DNA of 64,000 bases from assembly GCA_900088475.1 (NCBI GenBank), contig FLMG01002209.1:1-64000 (forward strand), written 5' to 3'. The stretch is from Hyphochytrium catenoides (taxonomy: Eukaryota; Protista; Hyphochytriomycota). A program made the translations under genes and the position numbers. This document shows positions 11,771 to 21,778 of the stretch, piece by piece (position 1 is the stretch's first letter; every line of letters starts with the position of its first letter). The notes below the pieces were generated by a model that was given only the letters and a program-made list of their open reading frames with translations, was not told where the DNA came from and did no database searches.

Positions 11771-12772
11771 GCGCAGAGAATAGTCCTAAGATTACCAAGT
11801 GCGGGCATTATTATAGTAGAGGCTCAGTACAGGTTCATTATTGAAGAAACAGAACTAGAAATAGAAGATAGGTGGTGGAAAGAACCGCTTTCTTTTTTCT
11901 CTGAAGGAATCAATCGTCTATGTCAACATCAGGGGGCAGCCCATGTGCCTCGCTCCTCTCTCTCCTCCCCTCTCCTACCAGAGCTCCTCCCAGGATCCAC
12001 TGACCGTGATGAGCTTACCAAGCAAGGGAGATAAACAAAGCGGTAGTTCTCATCCCATTCTTAGTCTTTATCCTTGTTCTCCTTCCGTCGTGCTTGCTCC
12101 CTTGTCGGAGGCAGTCAGTCTCTCTTCTTTCTCCTCCTTGTTGCACTCTTCCCTATTTCCCTTTCTCGCTCTTCTCTCTCATCATACCTCTTTAGGGCCT
12201 CGTAAGTGTCCTCTTCCTCGTGCGGCTAACTTCACCATCGCTGGTATCTGATGTACGAGCTCCTCCCGAGTGAGGACACGCTGCTCTTTTTCCTTCATTA
12301 TCCCCGGCGAATGGACATTCTTCTCTTCTCTTTTCTTTCGCATTTTACCTGCATCCTTAGAGGTTCGCCATCAAAAGATGCGAGGTGTACTGAAAGATAA
12401 GAGCTAGGGAAACAAGCTCTAGAGAGATGACAACGCATTTGTCTTCATCTTCTTTTCTTTCTCTCATCATTCTGTTCTCTCTCTTAATTACGCTGATCCC
12501 TGCTTCCATTCTCTCTCCTGTCGGTCTGGACTCGTTCTAGCAACTCGAGATGTATGCCGCTTCCTTAGTCCTCTTTCTGTCATGTCCTTCTTCCCCCTCT
12601 CTCTCTTTCATAAAAAAGCATCTTTCCCTTTCCCACTCTCTTGCCTCTCATCGCTCGATGGGCTTCGTCTCACTAGCGTAACATCCTTCTCTCTCTCTGT
12701 TCCCTTGTTAATATATCCTCCTCCTGAAAATGTAGATGTCCGTTCCGTTCTCCCTCTAAGAGAGGCCCAGGG

Positions 12773-13879
12773 ATGATGCATCGGGTTTCCTCTCACAACA
12801 GGGTTTTCCTGATAAGTGGCAAACTCCAGAGAGCAATGATGTCCGCTCACCGTCAATCTCTGTGTGCCAAAGGCGCACTCTCACGACGGTGTCGGCCCTC
12901 GTTTCTCGTCTCTTCTCCGACGGTATTTGTCCTGTCGCTCTGCCTCTTTGTCGTGCTCTTGTCAAGCGTTAAAGCAGCTGCTAAAGGTGTTGAACGGGTA
13001 GAAGCTGCCTCTGGATCTCAGGCCCTTGCTCTTTCGGACTCCCTCTCTGCTACTCTTCGCAGGGGAGATGTGCCTGTCTCTCTTTCAGACAATGCCCTTA
13101 GAACGAGACGGATGAGGGAAGAAGTAGAGACCATCCCACGACGCAAAGTGGGAGAAGAAGGAAGCGCAGCTGCAAGAAATCGAGGACCTGGTATCCCGAC
13201 GGTCCGAGACACCGCCAGCAAGAATTACGCCATAGCCAACAAAGCGANNNNNNNNNNNNNNNNNNNNNNNNNNNNNNNNNNNNNNNNNNNNNNNNTGAAA
13301 TCTATGCCTTATCTTGGCAAGCTTCTTGGTCTTCGCGAGCCCAGCCATAAATCGGGCATCGCCCCTATCAGCGGAATCTTCGGGGGCCGAAGTATACCTC
13401 TTTCAAGGCCGAAAAGCACAGCAGGAAGAATGGCTTCCCACAAGAGGCTGGCTTTACCCGCGGAACAAGAGCTTTTGGAGCTCGAGATAGGCAACCTCAA
13501 GAGTTCGAAGAAAAAGTTTACCTATGAGGACATTCGTAGCCTTCTATCGCTGGATAATGGCGTCGCCTACGCCACCCCAAGAAAGGGAAAGGACTTCTAT
13601 CCTCAAGCTACGAGTCTGATTAATCACCTTATCAAGGAGTTTATGGCGCCTCAGCCACCGTCGTCGTCATCGCCCCTCGCTACGGTGCAGAACCTCCTCA
13701 AGCCAGACAAAGCGACGGTGCTCAGGAAGCGCCTCGAGATGGAGCTGTCCAGCCTCAGCCCGCAATTAGCGCCCCAAGCAATCAAAGACGCCGTGCAGGA
13801 GGCTATCAAGATTGAACGAAAGAAGCTACTTAGCAACAGCGCGGACCAGCAGAGGAAGGACTCCGGGGGAGAACATTAA
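12773..13879 (+). CDS. Intronless putative secreted protein (effector-like); paralogue of 7702-9387
   Basis: 368-aa ORF. Recessed hydrophobic stretch VFVLSLCLFVVLLSSVKA; RRMREE at 13106-13123; C-terminus aligns by eye with the 7702 protein. N gap at 13248-13295. Confidence 0.7.
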   Translation: MMHRVSSHNRVFLISGKLQRAMMSAHRQSLCAKGALSRRCRPSFLVSSPTVFVLSLCLFVVLLSSVKAAAKGVERVEAASGSQALALSDSLSATLRRGDVPVSLSDNALRTRRMREEVETIPRRKVGEEGSAAARNRGPGIPTVRDTASKNYAIANKAXXXXXXXXXXXXXXXXXKSMPYLGKLLGLREPSHKSGIAPISGIFGGRSIPLSRPKSTAGRMASHKRLALPAEQELLELEIGNLKSSKKKFTYEDIRSLLSLDNGVAYATPRKGKDFYPQATSLINHLIKEFMAPQPPSSSSPLATVQNLLKPDKATVLRKRLEMELSSLSPQLAPQAIKDAVQEAIKIERKKLLSNSADQQRKDSGGEH

Positions 13880-16800
13880 AGATAGATTCATCCCTTTGCG
13901 AATAGACAGAAAGAGAAGCAGAGCAGGGAGAGGAACAAGGACATTCGCAACTGAGGAAGAAAAGACTAGGAAAGAAGTGAAGAGAGAAGAAGCGAGAGTG
14001 ATATGAAACCCGCTCTTCTCGTCATCCCAATGAAGAGCGTAAGACCGGTTTCCTTCTTTGCTGTCACCCTCCATGGCCAAAGCCTTGACTCTTCGCGTCC
14101 TTACATATTTCTATATCTATGACTTCTAATATGCCCTGGCGCGCCTCGCCATGCTGATGACTGATGGGTTGCTAGGCAGTAACATAATGTATGGAAGTAG
14201 CTTGGCAGGCTTGTTCAGTCCTTTTCCGCTGAACCCTCTCCGACACGCTTTCCACTATTTCTAAGTCTCTCTGTTTTTTCTTTATTTCTCTGGCTCTCTC
14301 TCTCTAACTTCCTCTGTCTCTCTTTCTCCCTTTTCTCTCTCATTGTACGCTGTTATCCTCTCCTTCTCTTCTGTGCTCTCTCTCTCTAAACTTCTCTCCT
14401 CACTCTATTGCTCAACTAGCTCTCTTTCCCTCTCTCTCTCCCTCCTCCCTTCTCTCCCTCCCTCCTTCTCCCCACTTTTATTCTTCGCTCTCCTCTGGTC
14501 TTCCGCAATTAGACAGCTAGCATCGAGTGCTCTTGTTGTCGTCTGACTTCCCACCTAATAGGCCGGGCACGTCTCTCACCTTCTTTGATGCCTCATGTCT
14601 ACTTTTCTTCCATCTCTCCGTCTCTTTCGCTCTCCTCTTCCTTCTTTATTCTCTCGTTTGGCATCGCTCTTGATCTGTCTAACTACCTAGAGGTTTTCTT
14701 CTGCTTGGACTACCAGCTTTGGATGGTTGATGTCGCTTACCCTCATAGAATTGACTACTTTATCTGTCAGTGGTGGCACAAGCAAACAGAAGGGGAGGAG
14801 GAAAAGAAGAACTACATTGGAGGACAGAAGACAACGCCAAAAACGAGAGGGTAGAAGCGAGTCAAAAGAGTTAGAGAGCAAAAGAAGAGAAGGAAATAGA
14901 TTGCAGTCTTTGGGCACACTTCGCACTGTCATTTCTCTAGATTGTCCCTCTTCTCCTCCTTTTCTCCCCCAGCCTGCCAATCATCTGCAATCGAGGGTAC
15001 CCCTGACGCCATCTCTGACGATGTAAAGACTTTTTCAATATATGAAGTCATGGCAGCGGCGTCCGGCCGCAAGAGGAGAATAAACGCAGGAAGAAGACAT
15101 CTAAAGAGGCAGTGAAGAACTTCTTCATAATATGCGGCCGATGGCCAGAGTTATCATCTTCGTTGGCCAGCAGGTGCGCAGAGGCAAGCTCTTTTCTGCT
15201 GTAGAGGCCACAGCAGCATTGACGCGTCCTTTTCTGGTCTGCCTTAATGTACACGGCTCATGAAGGTTTTCCTCCCGTAGGGGCAGCGATATTGCTACCT
15301 GGATTTCCTAGTGGAGATCTTCGATAGAATCCTCCAGAAGCACTCTATCTCCTCTGTCTGAGAATTTTTCAGGCGACTTCTCCTTCTTCTTCTCACTTTC
15401 TTCTCTTATTTGCAACTACAAGCTCACTACCATTTCTGCTCCTCCTTCTCCGCCGCCATAGCCCTCCTTCAACGCCTTCACTATGGTGCTCTCAAGTTTG
15501 TCCGCAGGGCGTGTACGATTGTTCGTGTCGTTGCTATGACGATGGCAATGGGCTTGAAGAGTGTAAAGAACCGTCGTAGAATACTATTACAAGGGAATGT
15601 TTAGCTGTTGCCAAAAGATGAAAAGACCTGCTTTTCTCTTCTCTACGGTGACCCTGGTAGGATCGTCAGGATGGCCACGAACTCTAACTATTAGCCCTCC
15701 CTCGCTCCTCTGTCCTTTAGGGTACGCGCCATCTGTGGGGCGCGTTAAGCAAAGTCTACGCCATCCAGACCGGCTGCTCTCGACAACTGTCTCCTCGGTC
15801 TACCTTTATATACGAGGCGGTCATTTGTTCTCCGCCAGCCCGTGGACAGATGCCAGTCCTGGATAATGGCAGCGATAGTCACAAAGCACAGCGCAGTAGT
15901 GAGAAATAGCCATCAGCCCGAAGAAGAGACGCAAGTGAAGGTTGAAGCAGAGAGAGTGATGATCGAAGTGACGGGAGAAAGACAAGAAGACAAGAAGCAG
16001 GGACGGCAGTTCTGCTGGCCAGGTCAAGAGAGAGCGGGTAAGGCAACAAAAGATGCAGCAGATAGTGCTAGGCATAAGAATTATTAGTGGTGAGGAGAAG
16101 AAACAGACAACATGGACTCTCGGCAATTCAGCGGGGTGACGTCTAAAGAGAAGTACGGAGTAGTTCTACCAGGGGCGAGGCCCGAAGAGAAGCGCTGTTC
16201 ATGGCGCATTCAAAAGTCCATCCATCTCATAATAAAGCGCAAGGCTGTCAGAGGAAGGAAGGTTCATGGTGCCTAATATCTCAGCGAAGGCCTCCACTAC
16301 TGTTTCACAAGCATCGCTTATAAAGACAGTCTTATCCGTCACTTCTACTACTTCAGGAAGTGAATAAGAAGTCGGCTTCTTCCTGTACGGAATGATGTCG
16401 CAGTCCAAACACGGGGAGCCGATGTGGCCTGTCACCGTGCCGAGGCATCGTCTAAGAAAAGGGCTTCACGGACGTCAACCGTAATGAAGAGAGTGGAACA
16501 TCTTTAGAAAGGACAAGAACCAGGACGGGTGGAGACGGAAAGGCTGACCAGGTGGTGAGATGAACAGGATAACAGGAAATGGTTCATTACTATTGAAGAA
16601 AAGCACTTTGCCTTCGTACTTATGCGTTGGCCTTCCTTGGACATGTGGATGAGAAAGGCGCCCAGCAAGCTGAAGAGACAGAGCGCGGTGAAAAATAACC
16701 AGTAGCGAGTGCTTTCCGACTCTGTGCATCATCAAGTTTTAGTTTGGCGAGGCGTGTGTGGGGATCAAAGTACGAGAGAAGAGGGAAAGAGATGAGGAGC

Positions 16801-17313
16801 ACTAAAGACAGACAAGCAGTGGAATGCTGCTGGTGACCGCAGGGTCTTAAGCTCAACGGACCTCTTGCAGCTTTCAAACAGACCTTCNNNNNNNNNNNNN
16901 NNNNNNNNNNNNNNNNNNNNNNNNNNNNNNNCCTCCTTCTTTCTCTTCTTCTGCCTCATCTCTCGTTTCCTTCTGTTTGCCATGTTCTCTTCAACAACAA
17001 AGCCAGAACTACATTTAATTGCCTTTAAACCACCGTCCTTCATGGTCTGACCTTGTACTCTCTCCTCCTCCCGCCAGAAATCTCTCTCACTCTCATCGTC
17101 TCATTGTCGATATTTCCTTGTTGAATCTAACCCACGGAGTATTCGGCTCCGCTCGACAGACGGTACGCAGTCCTAATACGCTCTCTCTCTCCCTAAAGTC
17201 CTGTGAGCGCCTGGAAAGAGCTGAGACTTCTTTGGTAAAGCTGGGCACACCGGGACGGGATCACTGCAAAGGAATAATAGTTCTTGCTTGAAAACGACCA
17301 TCAGTAGATAAGC

Positions 17314-18588
17314 ATGGGGTTACAACCACTCTCTTTGGTCGTCCTTCTCCTCATCATCGGAAACTTTGCGAGAATGCCAGAAGCGGGGATGGCGCCAATG
17401 GTTAGCTCTTTGTCAGACGAAGAAGACAGTTCCAAGTCCCCCTCTCAGCGACTTCTGTCACTGTCGTCCTCAGCACCGCAAAGACTACGAAAGGGCGAAG
17501 ATGACGCCCCTCCTTCTCGGAGCTCTCGTCTTCTTAGTTCAAAGGACGGATCCTCTGTGACACAAAATTCATCCAGGTCGCGCTCCCTGCAACAAAGCAG
17601 CGCTCAAGCGACTGCCATTGCTCATGGCAACGGCGAAGCCAGGGCCTCCGCCAATGCTCAGGCCGCTAGCTGGCCTCAGATTCCGCCATTTGTTCCTGCT
17701 TCTTCCATACCTTCGACTCCGCAGCTCGGCCGTCAACAACCCCAACCACCACCGCCTTCTCTCTTCCCTTCCATCCCACCGGTCTCCAACGAGGAATACT
17801 TTCCCATTGGACAAGGCGTGTGTGACTATCGTCAACCACCTGTCATGTTCTACCCTGAGCGAGGAACTTACTGGTACCCGAGAAGGACAGATAAGCGATA
17901 TCGTCAGGTGGAAGTGAAAGGAGGGCGGATGTTCGCACTTGATGAGACAGGGAGTGCACTGTTCTTCTATGACTATGCGAACCCGCAGTCTCCTTCCTCC
18001 TTGGTTAGCCAGGACGTCTCCTCCATCTCTTTTGACGGAAGGGTGATCTGCATTGTGCAGGCCGCGTATCAGCGCGTCCTCTGCTTGGATGTCGATAACC
18101 CTGGGTCTGGATGGCAAAATCCGATTCAACAAGGCGGCCCGCTACTGAAGCGGGTCATTGTCCGCTCTCCTAGGATATGCGGCGTGGCGATTGACGGTAT
18201 AGCTCACTGTGCTGATAACTATCAGGCACCTTACTGGCGGAGAATGCCTGGCGTGTACGGGGACGTCATAACGTTTGACGGCGTGATGCTCTGCGGAAAT
18301 GGCATTAACACACGAGACCTCTGGTGCCAAAATTGTGTCAGTCAAGCTGAGCTCGTGCGTGCCAATGTCGGAAATGTGCTGCAGGTGGACGCAGCAGACG
18401 CAGGGCAGCTATTTATTGTTGAGATGAACCTGGGAAATCTCTTCTATCTGCATCCCAAGTCGTACACTAATCGCGGCTATTGGCAGCGGGTGGAGGCCCC
18501 ACCGCTTGTTGACGTTTCCTTCGGAGGCTATGAACTCTGTGGCATATTGAGAGCCGATGGAACTATCTGGTGCACGGCTAAGAGATGA
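17314..18588 (+). CDS. Secreted tectonin-like beta-propeller (putative lectin) with Ser/Pro-rich pro-region
   Basis: 424-aa intronless ORF with signal peptide MGLQPLSLVVLLLIIG. About six 35-40 aa repeats of the type W..+.G.L..VS.dG..+CG+..dG.+WC, e.g. WQRVEAPPLVDVSFGGYELCGILRADGTIWC and WRRMPGVYGDVITFDGVMLCGNG. Confidence 0.8.
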   Translation: MGLQPLSLVVLLLIIGNFARMPEAGMAPMVSSLSDEEDSSKSPSQRLLSLSSSAPQRLRKGEDDAPPSRSSRLLSSKDGSSVTQNSSRSRSLQQSSAQATAIAHGNGEARASANAQAASWPQIPPFVPASSIPSTPQLGRQQPQPPPPSLFPSIPPVSNEEYFPIGQGVCDYRQPPVMFYPERGTYWYPRRTDKRYRQVEVKGGRMFALDETGSALFFYDYANPQSPSSLVSQDVSSISFDGRVICIVQAAYQRVLCLDVDNPGSGWQNPIQQGGPLLKRVIVRSPRICGVAIDGIAHCADNYQAPYWRRMPGVYGDVITFDGVMLCGNGINTRDLWCQNCVSQAELVRANVGNVLQVDAADAGQLFIVEMNLGNLFYLHPKSYTNRGYWQRVEAPPLVDVSFGGYELCGILRADGTIWCTAKR

Positions 18589-20242
18589 GAGAAGGTCTTC
18601 TTACTAGACAGGTTACCTTTGGCGCCAAGAAAGGAGATGCCATTATGATATAAATATATATAAGTTATTTGAGCATCGATCGGACTGGTTTAGCACGAGC
18701 ATCTCTTTCCATGGTCAAACATAGAGGAGAGAGCATGCGGGACAATGAAGATAAGTGACAGAAGAAGCTAGCAATTAGAGGAGCAACCTACATAGATAAC
18801 ATGATCAAAGAAGCAGCCGAATAGTGGCATAGCTTGCAAACCCAGAAGAATAGAGCGCCTATGGATCGTTGCTCTGTGTGTTGCTATGCTAATCATGGAA
18901 AGCAGTGTCCGTGCAGCGTTTGTTCTATAGTAATGCGCAAGAACTTACCCCGTCGTTGAGAAGGTCTCCATCGTGGCGAGTAGACTGTTGGTAGCTTCTG
19001 ACGGCTGTGCTCACCGAACATTCTGCTGCGAGTCACATGATGAAGGGGAAGAACCAAGAAAGAACGTACGATAGGGAAGACGTAGGGAGAGAGAAGAGGT
19101 TTCCATTAGAGGTGTTGGACTCGAGCAATGTCTCTATAAACTCATTGTTCTGCACCAGGTGACACCACCTTGATGATAAGACTGGCCCTTCTTCCGCCAG
19201 CCTCGCTGCTATAGGAAGAAAAAGTAAGTCATATTATGTTTGAGCTATGGCTTCACGAATCTCTTTATTGCTCGACTCTCCCACTGTTCTTCCGTACGGC
19301 ATGGCTCCACACACTAACTCATCATCTCAGTCGTAAGGAGGCGGCAGCAGACGGCTTGCGTGACAGAAACCACCATACTCAAGAGACCGACAGAGCACAA
19401 TGCTCTTCCATAATTCAAGCACGACGACCCTTGCTTTGACTAATGACTAGGAAAAGCGCTCGCTGGTATGGCTACATCTATAAGACACACAAACAAGACG
19501 ATGAGTTGTTGGTGCCACTCTTCACTCTCTAGTAACAAAGGTTCAGTGTGATCCCTCTTCCCTTGCTGCTCCTCGGCATTGTCGCGGTTTGGTCTCCGCT
19601 AACAATGGCTTTATTACGCCTTCATACCAGACACTCGTTGGCGATGATGATGGGAAAGATTGCGTCTTAGACCATGAAGCGTATTCCTCTTATTACCGCC
19701 GTCGGACCCTCCGCTTGCTTGCCTGGTCGAGACTGATTATGGGTCCTGGGGCCTTCTTCTCTAAGATAATCATCATGGCGGAGGAAAAAGGGTTTGCAAG
19801 GGACCAAGAGTTTCGCAGCTTTGTGAGCAGCCTCCTGCTCTTCCTTCTTCTTCCTGTCTTCTCTTCTAGATGATGATGGTGATCGATCTGGAAGTCGCTC
19901 ATCATCATGCAACTACAGGTAAGAGATTAGAGCCAGCCTCAGCTTCCCTGTCCGTCAGCGGCTTCACCTACCGTTAGAGTCTTTCTCTTCGTAGATTGAG
20001 CTGCATGATCACCGCTAACGGCGAGAGGGATAGGGCTGGCGCTGGCCAAGTTGTAGAGCATGCCAGCCATCAAGCCACAGATAATGAACGATGAGGACAA
20101 GAATCCTGAAAACAAGGAAAGAGATGGCATGCTATCAGAACAAAGTGCCAGTCCTTGGGGAGGAGTCCCTCTTCTGCAAAGGACAGACTTCCGAGGAAGA
20201 GCTCATCACGTTCACCATCATAGACTGAGCGTCTGCCATGGC

Positions 20243-21778
20243 ATGACCAACAGTTCTTTCCACTGTCCGCCTGCATTGCAGAAGGCCCCTCCCTCGGAAC
20301 CTCAAGCAATTGACAGGATGGACCTTCAGGAAGAGTTGAAAGTCCTGAAGAGGCTCATATACAAGAACAAGAACCAGCATAGGCGTTGCTTATACTTTCG
20401 ACGCTTGAAAGAGGTCTGCAAGCGGCTTGACGCTGTTAATCTGCTGGGACTCCTTGACTTGGGAAGGGCATCCTTGGAGCTATGCAGGAAGCAGCAGAAT
20501 CCACAAGTTGCGAAAAGAATGGCCATTGACATTGAGGTCTTGCTGCTGCAGCTTGGAGACGCGGGGGCAGCTTTACATAAGGTGAAGTCTACGTGATCAT
20601 CTCTACTTCATGCTGCTTGACGAATGACAATCTGACCTGTGTGTGTCCCCTTGCTGCCATTACAGGCCAAACGAGCGATTGAACTGGCCTATCTATATCC
20701 TTCTCAACCAGTCGTACAGCTCTGTGTAATACTTCGCTGCTCTCTATCGTCCTTATAGTCTCCATCATGTTGCTTTCATACCTTCCATGTTCTCTAATCA
20801 AAGCTCCCTTGTTCCTTTCGGTATTGAATGATGATGGAGTCCCTTAACTCTATGGCCCCACAGATCTCCTGACAGAGTTCTCGCTAGGGTACTTCGTACC
20901 GTTTGCTTTAGCCTCCATGAGCATCCTCTCTCGGCTATATGCAGTCACACGACCCCAGCTGGAGCTCATCAATAGCTCCTCCGCATCTCTTCAGACACTA
21001 CACTTTCGGCTTGCTGCGACATTTGGCATTTGCATCGCCCCAGATTCACCCTCTCGCCGTCCTCTGGCCTTGGCTGAAGGTTTCACAGGGCTGCTGGTAC
21101 CCTCAGCCCCAAAAGATGAGGCTCGACAGCACCTTCAACGAGGTAAAGAGATTCTAATGTCACTATTATCATTCAACGTATCCGCTTAAAGCTGCTTCCG
21201 CTTCAAAGCTATAAGATCCCACCTGGCTGCCAAATGTAGCTGTTGCTGGTTCTTCTTCTCTCCTTACGTGCCTTCGTTCATGCTTGATGTTGATCTTGTC
21301 CTGGTAGTTCAGACGACTCTTACTAATCTGATATCACCCCGCTCCCGCCGAGTATCTTATGCCCTTCTTCTCTCTTACCACAGCTAAGCCTAGCAGTCGA
21401 CATCCCCCTATCTCTGAGGACGAGGGACAAAATACTAAGAAAGCAAAGACTCAGATTGCTGGAGCCCAATCAGCATTGCCTTGCCAAATTTCTATCTCGG
21501 CCCCGATCCGTTCGGTTAGTCCCAGCTCTAGTAGAGATCAGCCAACTCATCTTACGGTGGCTTTGAATGCCGCTTCGGATAAAGTCTCCCTGGAGTTGTG
21601 CTCGCGGCAAAGGTCTAAGCGAGAACTGGAAGTGGCAGAGCCTATATCCGGCGCTCCGGTCCAGAGAGGAGCTGCTGTTCCAAAAGGTGGAGCTACTCGC
21701 CCGACCGCGGCAAAGCAGCCGGATGCGGCTGACAAAGCTAAAGCAGATATTGAAGATATCTTTGCAAAGCTCTTCTAA
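20243..21778 (+). CDS. NEPRO: NEPRO/Rmp1-like protein (RNase MRP-associated, DUF4477-type), 4 exons
   Basis: ELKVLKRLIYKNKNQHRRCLYFRRL and LGYFVPFALASMSILSRL motifs; DIEDIF C-terminus. Exons end 20581 / 20666-20694 / 20862-~21141 / ~21383-21778 and join in frame. Start is uncertain (ATG at 20060, 20243 or 20318). Confidence 0.75.
20695..20861 (+). other. U12-type (minor spliceosome) AT-AC intron
   Basis: 5' end ATATCCTT; branch site CCCTTAAC at 20841-20848; 3' end CCAC at 20861. Removal restores AYL-DLLTEFSLGYF in frame. Confidence 0.88.
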
